Assembly: GCA_963676395.1 (NCBI GenBank)
Contig: OY781066.1
Coordinates: 1,376,001 to 1,440,000 of the forward strand
DNA length: 64,000 nt
Direction: 5' to 3'
Source: a bacterium
GTDB lineage: Bacteria > Fidelibacterota > Fidelibacteria > Fidelibacterales > Fidelibacteraceae
Shown here: in pieces, positions 1 through 10,624 of the stretch
How the letters are laid out: each line of letters begins with the position of its first letter
Position numbering within the stretch: the first letter of the stretch is position 1
Program-made: the position numbers and the translations under genes
Notes under the pieces: generated by a model
What the model saw: only the letters and a program-made list of their open reading frames with translations
The model's database searches: none
Told to the model about the DNA's origin: nothing

Positions 1-2
1 TA

Positions 3-467
3 TATATGACTCATTGGTTCTTCGAGATAGCTAATGCGTTGATCTGTAAATTTTCCGGACATGCACTTTGGACTGTTTCCGGGGGTACATCTTTTCTAAT
101 CCTTGTTGGTGTAGGTATAGAATTAAGTTTTATGTTCTCGGTAGCCGGGATCATTTTAACCAAACTGCTTCCCGAAGATCCTAAGCAAAAGATTTTGGGT
201 ATAGGTTCACGATGGTTTTTTGCCATTGCTAATGCGGCACTTTTCTCGACCATTGAGATCTTTCTTGCTAGAACACCGGCATTTATTTGGGTTTACCCTT
301 GGTGGGGAGCTTTGCCTGTTTTTGTTTTGGTTTACATTCCTTTCTTTCTTGCGGCCAATTATGCTTATTACTGGGACAAGAAAAAGCAGATCCGTTTTAT
401 AGGTGGACTGTTTATCTTAAATGTTATTCTGATGATTGTTTTTGCTGGAATTTTGAAATGGATTTGA
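3..467 (+). CDS. Integral membrane protein of unknown function, probably 5'-truncated by the window edge
   Basis: Frame is open from the window start; several hydrophobic segments; followed by a terminator. Confidence 0.7.
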   Translation, partial: YMTHWFFEIANALICKFSGHALWTVSGGTSFLILVGVGIELSFMFSVAGIILTKLLPEDPKQKILGIGSRWFFAIANAALFSTIEIFLARTPAFIWVYPWWGALPVFVLVYIPFFLAANYAYYWDKKKQIRFIGGLFILNVILMIVFAGILKWI

Positions 468-510
468 TCCTACCCGTAAGGCGTGAATCATAAATAGTAA
501 ATATTAGAAT

Positions 511-537
511 GGGCGGATATTGATATCCGCCTTTTTT
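511..537 (+). terminator. Intrinsic terminator
   Basis: ggcggatat-tg-atatccgcc followed by a T run. Confidence 0.8.
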
Positions 538-702
538 AAAATATATCATATTGTCCCAGTATCGTAAGGAATCCCGAAACATTTGGGTGATCGTTTCCAT
601 CAGAGTAATATTATACGCTTTAGTACTCAAAAATTCTTATTTTAATTCCTTTTTTCCCAATACAATTGGTCTTAATATTGATGACGAAAATTTGAGAAAA
701 AC

Positions 703-2094
703 ATGACAGGAAAAAGTTTACAACAACAGCAACATACTCCCGGTTCTATTGCAGAGATGCTAGCTATCGCCTTACCGATGATCGTATCATATGCAGCTGA
801 TACGGTGATGACATTTACAGATAGAATGTTTCTGTCGCGCTTGGCACCTGAGATTATGAATGCAGCCATGAGTGGTGGCTTAACGGCTTTTACCATGTCG
901 ACATTTTTTATGGGTTTGATCGGTTATTCAACTGCATTGGTTGCTCAGTATTTAGGGGCGGGAAGAAAAAACACATGTCCTGCTGTGACCACTCAAGCCT
1001 TGCTTATTGCCGTGATAGCCTATCCGATTGTTCTCTTAATGAAACCTTTGGGTGTTCAGCTTTTTCATTTTATGCATGTTCCCGAAGCCCAAATGGGGTA
1101 TCAAATTGATTATTTCAATATTTTAATATTTGGTGCTATCATTGGTTTGTTGCGAACGGCGCTGACTTCTTATTTTTCCGGTATTGGGAAAACACGTATC
1201 GTTATGCTTGCAATGATTACTACCATGTTGGTTAATGTGGGAATGAACTATGTCCTGATTTTCGGTAAATTTGGTTTGCCGGCTTTAGGTATTCGTGGTG
1301 CAGCTTATGGTACTTTAACGGGTGGAACCGTTGGGCTAATTATACTTTTTACCGCTTATTTTGGTAAAAAGAATCGTGAGGAATTTCATGTAAATAAAGC
1401 ATTCCATTATTATGCCAATATCATGAAAAAATTGCTAAAATTCGGGTATCCACCGGGGCTCGAATTTATACTGAATCTATTTGCCTTTAACCTAATGATC
1501 ATGGTTTTTCATTCACTGGGAGATGTAACGGCAACATCTACCACTATTATGTTTAATTGGGATAATGTATCCTACATCCCACTGGTTGGTATTGAAGTTG
1601 CGGTCACATCATTGGTTGGACGCTATATGGGGGCGAAAGATGTTGATACAGCTATTAGATCGGCTAATTCTGCTTTTAAAACGGGACTGCTATATTCGTC
1701 TGTTGTTTTGGTGTTATTTGTTTTTTTTCCGCATCAATTGGTACAAGTTTTTAAACCTGCCGGTGCTTCATCCGTTTTTGAAGAGGCCATACCTCTTGCC
1801 GTATCAATGATTCGTATTGCGGCATTGTATGTTTTAGTCGAAGCCGCTATTGCCACACTTGTTGGTGTTTTACGTGGTGCGGGGGATACGCGCTGGTCGA
1901 TGATTGCTTCGGTAATTCTTCATTACGTTATGGCCGGTGGCTTATATTTGGTTCTAAAAGTGTTTAAAATGCCGGCACTGTTTGGCTGGAGTGTCGTTGT
2001 ATTTGCTTTCATGCTTTTTTCGGTGGTTTTCTACCTTCGCTATCGCGGCGGAAAGTGGAAAAACATCCAAATGGTTGAGCATAATGAGCAATAG
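703..2094 (+). CDS. MATE family efflux transporter
   Basis: 463 aa, about 12 TM; motifs LIFGKFGLPALGIRGAAYGT, SLVGRYMGA, GVLRGAGDT. Confidence 0.92.
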   Translation: MTGKSLQQQQHTPGSIAEMLAIALPMIVSYAADTVMTFTDRMFLSRLAPEIMNAAMSGGLTAFTMSTFFMGLIGYSTALVAQYLGAGRKNTCPAVTTQALLIAVIAYPIVLLMKPLGVQLFHFMHVPEAQMGYQIDYFNILIFGAIIGLLRTALTSYFSGIGKTRIVMLAMITTMLVNVGMNYVLIFGKFGLPALGIRGAAYGTLTGGTVGLIILFTAYFGKKNREEFHVNKAFHYYANIMKKLLKFGYPPGLEFILNLFAFNLMIMVFHSLGDVTATSTTIMFNWDNVSYIPLVGIEVAVTSLVGRYMGAKDVDTAIRSANSAFKTGLLYSSVVLVLFVFFPHQLVQVFKPAGASSVFEEAIPLAVSMIRIAALYVLVEAAIATLVGVLRGAGDTRWSMIASVILHYVMAGGLYLVLKVFKMPALFGWSVVVFAFMLFSVVFYLRYRGGKWKNIQMVEHNEQ

Positions 2095-2283
2095 AACATT
2101 CGAGCAATTGAATGGGGGAATGGGAAAACAATTGAATAATTGGATATTAAATAAGTGATTATTTAAATGCTTGATTGATCGAAGAATCACCCTGATAATT
2201 TTAAGGACAGAGATTATAAGTCTAATAACGGAACATTCTTCTAAATTCACGTTTAAGAGCGTTATTCGGAAAAAAGGGGATCA

Positions 2284-3540
2284 ATGAATTTTATTATAGA
2301 TTACCTCAATGAAATATATCACTTGCTGTTGGAGATGGCCCCATATTTATTGTTGGGTTTTCTGATTGCGGGTATTTTGAAATTTACGCTTAAGCCTGCG
2401 ACCATGAAGAAATATCTCGGCAAAGCCAATTTGCGTTCTGTGGTTAATGCTTCTTTATTGGGTGTTCCCATGCCCTTGTGTTCTTGTGGTGTGATCCCAA
2501 CCGGTGTGGGCCTGCATAAAAACGGAGCGTCGAAAGGTTCTGCTGTGTCCTTCTTGATCTCCACACCTCAAACCGGGGTGGATTCTATTATGATCACTTA
2601 CTCACTTTTAGGTTTGCCTTTTGCCATTATTCGTCCCATCGCAGCGTTTATTACAGGCATAGTTGGTGGTGCGATCACTAATAAAGTTGAGCATGAAACG
2701 CCTCACGCTTATGCGAATAGTCAAGCGCAGGAAAATCTGCCAAAAGGCTGGAAAAAAATCCCGGCAATATTAAAATATGCTTTTATTGATTTTATGAATG
2801 ATATTGCCAAATGGCTATTAATCGGAATTCTGATCGCTGGTCTTATTTCGGTACTTGTACCGGATGATTTCTTTTTAGAATATTTATCAAATCCTTACCT
2901 CTCAATGCTGGTAATGCTTGTTGCTTCGGTGCCACTCTATGTGTGTGCCACTTCATCGGTTCCTATTGCCGCCGCTCTTATCATGAAAGGCTTATCACCT
3001 GGAGCTGCTTTGGTATTTTTAATGGCAGGACCGGCGACGAATGCTGCGACAATCTCTGTTCTGGGTAATGCTTTGGGCAAGAAAACTCTGACGGTTTATC
3101 TTAGCACAATTATTGCCGGTTCATTTATTGCCGGAATCTTGTTGAATAATTTCATGCCCGAATCCTGGTATGTCGGGATCATGAATATGGGACACCAACA
3201 TCACATGTTGCCCAATTGGTTGATGCTTTCATCGGCAATTTTATTGAGTGGGTTGCTTATTTACTCTTTAGTTAACAAAGTTATTGGCCGTTTTAGCAAA
3301 AAGGCTCAAAGCTGTGAAGATTGTGAGGAATGTAAAATGACACATGAAATAATTATACATATTGAAGGAATGACCTGTCAGCACTGTGTGGCTAGTGTGA
3401 AAAAAGGACTTTCTTCTCTTGCGGGAGTCGAGAATGTTGATGTAAATTTAGAGACAAAGACCGCTCGTATTCACGGAGTGGTGGATGTCCAAAAAATTAA
3501 GGATACCATTAAGGAACTCGGTTATACCGTAAAGGAATAG
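2284..3540 (+). CDS. ArsP/DUF318-type (SO_0444-like) metal permease with C-terminal HMA domain
   Basis: PLCSCGVIP and PLYVCATSSVP motifs; C-terminal GMTCQHC. Confidence 0.88.
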   Translation: MNFIIDYLNEIYHLLLEMAPYLLLGFLIAGILKFTLKPATMKKYLGKANLRSVVNASLLGVPMPLCSCGVIPTGVGLHKNGASKGSAVSFLISTPQTGVDSIMITYSLLGLPFAIIRPIAAFITGIVGGAITNKVEHETPHAYANSQAQENLPKGWKKIPAILKYAFIDFMNDIAKWLLIGILIAGLISVLVPDDFFLEYLSNPYLSMLVMLVASVPLYVCATSSVPIAAALIMKGLSPGAALVFLMAGPATNAATISVLGNALGKKTLTVYLSTIIAGSFIAGILLNNFMPESWYVGIMNMGHQHHMLPNWLMLSSAILLSGLLIYSLVNKVIGRFSKKAQSCEDCEECKMTHEIIIHIEGMTCQHCVASVKKGLSSLAGVENVDVNLETKTARIHGVVDVQKIKDTIKELGYTVKE

Positions 3541-3541
3541 A

Positions 3542-4519
3542 ATGAAAGCCATTATCCCGGCAGCAGGTGTTGGAACAAGATTAAAACCTCATACTAATCA
3601 TCGTCCCAAAGTTATGGTTCCCATCGCGGGGAAACCTATTTTGGAGCATATTACAGAATCATTATTTAAAGCAGGATTCGATAAAATATCCGTTATTGTC
3701 GGCTATAAAAAAGAAGCTGTTATTGATTATTTTGATAAAAAATATCCAAAGAAATTTGAATTTCCCGTGCAGGAAGAAATGAAAGGACTGGGACATGCCA
3801 TTCTTTATGGTTTAGAGGATATTGATGAACCGGCTTTGATCATTTTGGGTGATACCATTATTGATCTTGATATGGACAAGCTGAAGGATTCCAAGCATAA
3901 TGTGATCGGGGTTGTTAAAGTTGCCGATCCATCGCGATTCGGGATCGTAGAGACCGATGAAAATGGTATTATTACCGATATGGTAGAAAAACCCGAATTC
4001 CCTAAAAGTGATCTGGCGATCGCCGGAGCTTATTATGTTCAAAGTCAAAAGACCTTAAAATATGCCATTGAGCAACTGATCAAGAATGATGTAAAAACCC
4101 GAAATGAATATCAATTAACCGATGCTTTGGCGCTGATGATGAAAAGCGGTGAAAGTTTTAAAGCGTTACCTATCAACAAATGGTATGATTGTGGAACGGT
4201 GGAAACTCTTTTATCAACTTCATCATATTTATTATCGCGAGGTTCAGTAAATAAGGGTGAGTGCATAAATTGTAAGATTATAGATCCCGTTTATATTGCC
4301 AAGGGTGCAAAGTTATATGATTCTACAATCGGTCCTAATGTAGCGATCGGCTCGGATGTAAATATATCGAATTCAAAAATTTCAAATTCTATGATAAATG
4401 ATGGGGCGGAAGTAAAGAACTCTTGTTTAATAGAATCTATTATTGGATATTATACACACGTTATTGATATGCCTACTTCTTCGCTAAGCCTAGAGGATGG
4501 GAAAATCTTAAAAGGTTAA
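3542..4519 (+). CDS. Sugar-phosphate nucleotidyltransferase (long-form glucose-1-P thymidylyltransferase-like)
   Basis: IIPAAGVGTRLKP..PK motif, EYQLTDAL, C-terminal hexapeptide-like region. Confidence 0.88.
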   Translation: MKAIIPAAGVGTRLKPHTNHRPKVMVPIAGKPILEHITESLFKAGFDKISVIVGYKKEAVIDYFDKKYPKKFEFPVQEEMKGLGHAILYGLEDIDEPALIILGDTIIDLDMDKLKDSKHNVIGVVKVADPSRFGIVETDENGIITDMVEKPEFPKSDLAIAGAYYVQSQKTLKYAIEQLIKNDVKTRNEYQLTDALALMMKSGESFKALPINKWYDCGTVETLLSTSSYLLSRGSVNKGECINCKIIDPVYIAKGAKLYDSTIGPNVAIGSDVNISNSKISNSMINDGAEVKNSCLIESIIGYYTHVIDMPTSSLSLEDGKILKG

Positions 4520-4593
4520 GTTCTAAGTATGTTGTTGGAAGAAATGAGAGATGAGTTGATAAGCATATCTCGGATTTTCTATTGGGAGTAAAA

Positions 4594-6330
4594 ATGAAAA
4601 ATACCTACAGTTACGTATTAATATTATTTATATTAATATCTTTTGTATCCGCTTCCGAAGACTTGCACAATTTTGTTCGACAGATAACTGAGAGTTCTAT
4701 TAGAGATTATTATTATCGAAGTGAGGATCCTTCTTGGGATCCTTTGAAATTCCATAAAGGAAAAAATCGAGAAGAAAATACCACAGGGCATGATAGTGCC
4801 AAAACATTTATTCAAGCTACATTAGAAAGTTATTTAGGTGTAGGGAATGTTTATGTTCATGAGTTTGACTGGTCACGAGGAAAGGATGACAAAGGTTATA
4901 ATATTATTGGCGTAAAAGAAGGCTTATCTGGAAGCAGTTCAGATGTGTGGGTGCTAGGTGCTCATTATGATTCTTATGATTCTGATCACACCGGCACAGC
5001 GCCCGGCGCGAACGATAATGGCTCAGGAATGGTATCTGTTCTTGAAATGGCAAGAATTGTCAATACACGAGAATCGGATGCAACGATATTATTTTGTTTG
5101 TGGGATGGTGAAGAGCCTGACTGGATTTCTGCCGGTTCTTTTGGCTCGTCATCCTATAGCGGTCCTTCAGGATCAAGAGCTTGGATCAATGCTTATTTTA
5201 CAACAGATCCCGCTCGTGCGAATGGAGATACTTTGCTTTGGAGCCGGGTAAAGGGTAATATTAATATGGATATGTTTGGTTATCCTGCCAGCAATAATAC
5301 CTTGTGGCTATATCATGGTGGCGATGAGTGGAACAATACGATCAATGGTGGTATATCCTATCCAACGCCTTCAGCCTCAAACACCTTGTATCTTGATGCA
5401 GAGTACTATTTGGAAAACTACGGTTGTGATGACCAGAATCCACGAAATTATGTTTCTGTTGTTGGTAAAGGTACAATGCAGTATTCGGATAATATTTCCT
5501 TTTCACGCGCCGGTATTCCCTCTTTGGAATATGCAGAATCTGATTGGGGCTCTGATACACATTATCATAAGTGGTCTGATTATTATCGTCCTGCCAGTGG
5601 AGATGCTAATTTTTTAAATGATGAAAATCCACAAATTGGTTTTCTTAGTATGGTAACACGTGGTGCTGTTGCACTTCTTGCAGATACGGCAAATGTTGCT
5701 TTGTCCGAAACCGGTACACCGGTGTCCTTAACATATTTTAAAGCAGCTTCAGGTAATAAGCGGGTTATACTTTCATGGCAGACGGAAAGTGAAATTGAAA
5801 ATCTGGGCTTTATTCTAGAAAAAAGAAATGATCGTGGAGACAATTGGAAAAGTATTGCTTCATATTTAAAAAATGAAGAATTAATAGGTCAGGGTTTTTC
5901 AACCGAGAGTACGGATTATATTTTTGAAGACAGCCTTGTTTTTGCAAATCAACAATATGAATATCGTTTGTCCGAAGTTAATTTTTCGGGAAAAATATCC
6001 AGACTTAAAAGCACATCGGTATTATACATTGATATGGAACGTAATGATAATACCTTGCTCAAGGGCAACGCATATCCAAATCCATTTAACCCAAGCTTAA
6101 CCATTGAGTATGCATTGGAGCGTGATGCTGAGGTTAGCGTAAAAGTTTTTGATCTAGCCGGTCGTGAGGTTGTTAATTTGCAAAATAAACGCGCTTTGAA
6201 ATCAGGTCGTTATGACCTTAGATGGCATGCAAATAAAATGCCCTCAGGTATATATCTTGTACAAGTTTTGGCACGCTATAGTAATAAGCAGTGTGAAGCA
6301 CAGGTAATGAAGTTGATCTTAAACAAGTAA
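4594..6330 (+). CDS. Secreted M28 family peptidase with T9SS/FlgD-type C-terminal tail
   Basis: Signal peptide; GAHYDS, PGANDNGSG, DGEE, YH motifs; YPNPFNP...SGIY tail. Confidence 0.88.
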   Translation: MKNTYSYVLILFILISFVSASEDLHNFVRQITESSIRDYYYRSEDPSWDPLKFHKGKNREENTTGHDSAKTFIQATLESYLGVGNVYVHEFDWSRGKDDKGYNIIGVKEGLSGSSSDVWVLGAHYDSYDSDHTGTAPGANDNGSGMVSVLEMARIVNTRESDATILFCLWDGEEPDWISAGSFGSSSYSGPSGSRAWINAYFTTDPARANGDTLLWSRVKGNINMDMFGYPASNNTLWLYHGGDEWNNTINGGISYPTPSASNTLYLDAEYYLENYGCDDQNPRNYVSVVGKGTMQYSDNISFSRAGIPSLEYAESDWGSDTHYHKWSDYYRPASGDANFLNDENPQIGFLSMVTRGAVALLADTANVALSETGTPVSLTYFKAASGNKRVILSWQTESEIENLGFILEKRNDRGDNWKSIASYLKNEELIGQGFSTESTDYIFEDSLVFANQQYEYRLSEVNFSGKISRLKSTSVLYIDMERNDNTLLKGNAYPNPFNPSLTIEYALERDAEVSVKVFDLAGREVVNLQNKRALKSGRYDLRWHANKMPSGIYLVQVLARYSNKQCEAQVMKLILNK

Positions 6331-6441
6331 GAATATATGATAAGATATAGAAGAAACTGTGTTTTTAGGGGTTGTTGACGTGCCTCGCGAGTCGTTTTAA
6401 TACATTTATAAATAATCCAAACTTCCCTCGTTTTCCGATAT

Positions 6442-6469
6442 AAAAAAAGAGCTCCCAATAGAGAGCTCT
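6442..6469 (-). terminator. Intrinsic terminator (minus strand)
   Basis: agagctc..gagctct stem with an A run on its left, just past the 6497 stop. Confidence 0.65.
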
Positions 6470-6496
6470 AAACAAAAATTTGTACTATTTATTGTT

Positions 6497-7666
6497 TTAC
6501 TTTACAAGTAATAATTTCTGAGTTTCAATTTGCCTTGATGTTGATGCTTTAAGAATATAAACACCGCTTTGCATGTTTTGGGCATCCCATGTGAAATGCT
6601 GTAATCCTGGATTTGCTGAACCTTTGAATAGGGTCGTGACTTTTTGACCCTTTGTATTATAGATGTTTAATTCAAGTTCTTCAGCTATGTTTAGGCTAAT
6701 ATCTATCGAAGTTGATGGATTAAAAGGGTTTGGATAAGCTGAAGTCAGTTCAAAGTCTACATTATTTACAGAAGTATTAAGGGCGTTAATACTTATTTCC
6801 TGAGTTAGAATATTAACACTGTTGTCATATGCAACATCAGCTAAGGAATAGGTATAGCTTTTTCCGGGGATGACATTATTATCAAGATAACTATAGTCGT
6901 TTGTTTCTGTGCTTGATCCCGCGCCTTCTACAAATGCAATAATTTCACCATCACGTAAAATTTTGAATCCAAGATTTTCTTTTTCGCTTTCTGTTGTCCA
7001 ATTTAATTGAATGCCGGATGAAAGTGCCTTAGCTGTGAAGTCAGCAAGGGTGATAGGGCTAGGAGTTCCTGTGCTTTCAAGTGTAACAAGATCAAATGCA
7101 CCAATTTCTTCCCAGTGATCATTTCTTACTTCGATTTTTAATCGAACATGCGATGAGGATTCAGGGACATTTATGCTAATTTTAACCCATTCATTTGAGC
7201 CCATGTTTAAAGCAATGGGAGTATCCCAATTACTTCCATTATCATACTCAATATAATAATTTAAAACATCGGATCCACCGGACCATGATCCTGTGGTTAA
7301 TTCATTGTAGTTAAAGGTGTAATAATAAAAACTTACACTTAGGTCACCTGAGTATTCGCTGAGGTCGATCGTGTTAAACAAAACTGAACACAAAGCATCG
7401 GGGTATAACCCACTGGTGTTTTCAGCATTGAAAACATATTCTCCATTATCCGGTAATGGTTTTAAGTCTCCCGGTAAGCTGGGATCATCCAATTCATTAT
7501 CGGGTTCCCATCTTGCATAAGGATTATTTGATGTTGTAGCCGGGTGTGATAAAGTATATCCCCAGGCATTTATTTCTGTTCCTTCAAATCCTTGTTGTAA
7601 AAGCACTGTTGCTGATAAACTACTAATCATAAATAGTGTCAGTAGTGATACAAGTATCTTCTTCAT
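6497..7666 (-). CDS. Secreted protein with T9SS/FlgD-type C-terminal tail, N-terminal beta-sandwich of unknown function
   Basis: Signal peptide; PITLADFTA..LNWTTESEKENLGF; YPNPFNPST..SGVY..KLLLVK. Confidence 0.85.
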   Translation of the reverse strand: MKKILVSLLTLFMISSLSATVLLQQGFEGTEINAWGYTLSHPATTSNNPYARWEPDNELDDPSLPGDLKPLPDNGEYVFNAENTSGLYPDALCSVLFNTIDLSEYSGDLSVSFYYYTFNYNELTTGSWSGGSDVLNYYIEYDNGSNWDTPIALNMGSNEWVKISINVPESSSHVRLKIEVRNDHWEEIGAFDLVTLESTGTPSPITLADFTAKALSSGIQLNWTTESEKENLGFKILRDGEIIAFVEGAGSSTETNDYSYLDNNVIPGKSYTYSLADVAYDNSVNILTQEISINALNTSVNNVDFELTSAYPNPFNPSTSIDISLNIAEELELNIYNTKGQKVTTLFKGSANPGLQHFTWDAQNMQSGVYILKASTSRQIETQKLLLVK

Positions 7667-7967
7667 TCTTTTTTAACCCCTTTTCAATAGTGTGTTGCAA
7701 TGAAATATAGCGTATTTAATAATAATGCAAATAACAATCAAGTAAAATCTCGTAAATATATATGGTTGAGGCACTTGTGTGCAAGCATGACAATATGAGG
7801 TGATTGTATCGAAAAAATATAGATAGTCATGGTAAATCGTCTTCTGAATGAAGTCAGATGATCTATCTAGGCTTATTGACATTGGTCGATTGTTTATCTG
7901 TTAATCTACAGACATAGACATTAAATATTCATGTTAAAAGGGGGTTGACTATGATTTTGCTGCCTCG

Positions 7968-9179
7968 TCAAACTATCTCATTATCCAGTTTGTTCAGTAC
8001 ATTAAAAAAGATTTCCAAACCAGCTTTAACGGCGTTTTTATCGACTTTGTCGACGGTATCATTGGGTGTATGATAAACAGAAGCACGTTCGCTGTTATCC
8101 CATGGCATACCCATTAATGTGGTGGCCTTTACACCATGTTTTGCCAATTCACCTGAATCTGTCCCACCGGTTAAAAATGCAATATCTTTAGTCTCGGAAG
8201 CATAACCTAATTCTTTAGCGCTTTTTACGCAGCTTTCGGAAAATTCCGTAGAGAGTTTTACTGAACAGTTAATGTCACTGGTCATAAAGAAAATGTCATC
8301 TAAATAATACAAACATTCGATATTATAAAGGTAGGTTGGAAGTTTAGCAAATTCCTTTTTATGTTTTTTGGCATATGCGTAAGCACCGCGCAGACCTTCT
8401 TCTTCGGCATCAAAGGAAATGGCCTTTACGCGAGTATGCTTGAGTCCTTTCCCGGCTTTTTTATCTTTTGCCAATTGGCGAAGCGCTTCAACGGCCATTG
8501 CGGTGGATGCCAGGTTGTCACCGGCTCCGGGCGTGGCGTGTTTTGAGGCAAAGAACCAAAGCTGTAAGACGATAGTTGCGCCAAGCGATGCAAGGATAGC
8601 AGCAATGGTCGTGAATATTCCGCTTAATCCCGTTATGGCTAAGATGGCTGAAAGAATAAATACCGAAACCAGAATTCCGATTCCGCCCAAAACTCTAAGT
8701 CCGTATAGTTTTGGTTGATGGATAAAAAAGTTAAAAATACTTGCGGAATCGTGGTGTCCACTAATGATGATCTCTTGTTTAACGTCTCCTTCGGGCTCCA
8801 CGGAAGCGATGACATTTTTGGCTTTCTTGCCTGGAAAAAGAAAGTCTATTGTGTGCTTGTAAAAGAAAAATTGAAATACCATGATCAATATCCCCAAAAG
8901 CAGTAATCCGGCAGAGATAAGAGGCTTATTGAGCCATAGCAATACAGTCCCTGCGGCATATAAAGTAACAAGAATGCGTATCCATCCAAGAAAAGCGCCG
9001 GTATGAACTTTGAATTCTTCAGTATGAGCTTCATCGGCAAAGCCTTTCATCTCATTGTGCAAGGCGTTGGCACAGTCGCGACTAGCCTGAGACCCCGCTT
9101 TTCGGGGACCGAATTGATGAATGAGGGAATCTGTGAGTGATATAACCTTGTCGGTCATTGTGGTAAAATTGATAGACAT
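7968..9179 (-). CDS. Membrane-embedded M28 family peptidase
   Basis: SGHHDS, PGAGDN, DAEEEGLRGA, YHTPND motifs with TM inserts. Confidence 0.85.
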   Translation of the reverse strand: MSINFTTMTDKVISLTDSLIHQFGPRKAGSQASRDCANALHNEMKGFADEAHTEEFKVHTGAFLGWIRILVTLYAAGTVLLWLNKPLISAGLLLLGILIMVFQFFFYKHTIDFLFPGKKAKNVIASVEPEGDVKQEIIISGHHDSASIFNFFIHQPKLYGLRVLGGIGILVSVFILSAILAITGLSGIFTTIAAILASLGATIVLQLWFFASKHATPGAGDNLASTAMAVEALRQLAKDKKAGKGLKHTRVKAISFDAEEEGLRGAYAYAKKHKKEFAKLPTYLYNIECLYYLDDIFFMTSDINCSVKLSTEFSESCVKSAKELGYASETKDIAFLTGGTDSGELAKHGVKATTLMGMPWDNSERASVYHTPNDTVDKVDKNAVKAGLEIFFNVLNKLDNEIV

Positions 9180-9306
9180 GTTTATTCCTCCTGTAGAGAA
9201 TGTTGATGAATCGATCAGGTCGACAGGTCGATGAATTCATGAGCATTCATTGAGGTGAATATAGATGAAAATTGAACTAAAATCAATAGTCATGGGATTA
9301 GCAATA

Positions 9307-9351
9307 AGAGATCCTGAACCCCAATGTCCACAGACATCGTTTCAGGATGAC
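9307..9351. repeat. REP-like palindrome (agagatcctgaa...ttcaggatgac)
   Basis: Same arms recur at 13751-13800. Confidence 0.7.
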
Positions 9352-9389
9352 GTTTCCCTTTGGTCTAAATCCAAGGCTATTAAATAGTA

Positions 9390-10526
9390 TCATTTTAACA
9401 AATGCTTAATCGCTTTTTTCATGGCTTGAGGAATAGCGATCTGTTGAGGACATTTTTCCAGGCAAACCCCACATGCGATGCAGTTGGAGGCTTTTTTAAC
9501 ATCAGGGACAACGATATTATATAATCGAATGGCTTCATCCCAATCATTCATCATAGAACCATGGATCAAAAAGCGGAAGACATTGGGAATATCAACGCCA
9601 TGCGGACAGGGCATACAATAAGAGCACTGCGTACAATTCACGATCATTCTCTCGTGATAAAGGTTGCGAATATGCGTAAGCTGATTTCTTTCATTATCAG
9701 TCAGGGTATTAATACCGGAACGGTCTGCGGCTGCCAGGTTTTCTTCCACATGCCAAGGCTCTGTCATGCCGCTAAGTACAAGCCCGACTTCCTCTTGATC
9801 CCATAGCCAGCTTAATGCCCAATCTGCAGGTTTTCGATTTGGTTCAAGCATATCCCATTCTGCCTGAATGTTAGGAGGGATATTTCCGGTTAAACCGCCA
9901 CCGCGCAAAGGCTCCATGATAATAATGCCCATACCAAGAAGTGCAGCTAGTTTAAGACCTTTAAGGCCGGCTTGATAATTTTCGTCCAAAATATTGTATT
10001 GTATCTGACAAAAATCCCAAGGATAAGATATTGCGATCTCTTCAAATACTTCATATTTATCATGAAATGAAAAGCCCACATGTTTTACGCGACCATCGTC
10101 TTTAATTTTGTCAAGAAAATCGAACATGCCATTTTTTTTCATATTTTCCCATGAGGTGGCTGAGAAAGCATGCATAAGGTAAAAGTCTATATGATCGGTT
10201 TCCAGTTTTTCCAATTGAGCGTTCAGGTATTTATCTAAATCAGCAGGTTCTTGTACCAACCAACAGGGGAGCTTTGTTGCCAGTTGTACTTTTTCACGAT
10301 AAGCGTCTTTGAGTGCTTTGGCTACCAGCGGTTCAGAGTTGCCGCCATGATATGCCCAGGCCGTATCTACATAAGTGGCACCACCGTCGATGGCTTGTCT
10401 GATAAGTTTAATGGCTGCCGCTTCATCGATCTTTGTCGGATCACCATCGATCACAGGCAGGCGCATGCAGCCCATACCTAAAGCCGGGACCTTAATGCCG
10501 GTATTACCGAATTCTCTGTATTGCAT
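9390..10526 (-). CDS. Aldo/keto reductase with C-terminal 4Fe-4S dicluster domain
   Basis: LGMGCMRLP, DTAWAYH, IMEPLRGG; CTQCSYCMPCP and CIACGVCLEKCP. Confidence 0.92.
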   Translation of the reverse strand: MQYREFGNTGIKVPALGMGCMRLPVIDGDPTKIDEAAAIKLIRQAIDGGATYVDTAWAYHGGNSEPLVAKALKDAYREKVQLATKLPCWLVQEPADLDKYLNAQLEKLETDHIDFYLMHAFSATSWENMKKNGMFDFLDKIKDDGRVKHVGFSFHDKYEVFEEIAISYPWDFCQIQYNILDENYQAGLKGLKLAALLGMGIIIMEPLRGGGLTGNIPPNIQAEWDMLEPNRKPADWALSWLWDQEEVGLVLSGMTEPWHVEENLAAADRSGINTLTDNERNQLTHIRNLYHERMIVNCTQCSYCMPCPHGVDIPNVFRFLIHGSMMNDWDEAIRLYNIVVPDVKKASNCIACGVCLEKCPQQIAIPQAMKKAIKHLLK

Positions 10527-10541
10527 ATGGTTTCCTTCTTA

Positions 10542-10624
10542 TGTCATCCCGACCGAAGTGAAGGGAGCTCAAATTAAACAATTCGTTATAAATAATATCG
10601 AGGCGCGATAAATCGCGTTTTTAC
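10542..10624. repeat. Two degenerate REP-like elements (TGTCATCCCGA type at 10542-10573; GTAG type at 10600-10624)
   Basis: tgtcatcccgaccgaagtgaagggagctc; gaggcgcgataaatcgcgtttttac. Confidence 0.55.

Noticed and set aside
1954..2250. 98-aa minus-strand ORF
   Set aside because: Overlaps the MATE 3' end and crosses low-complexity short repeats
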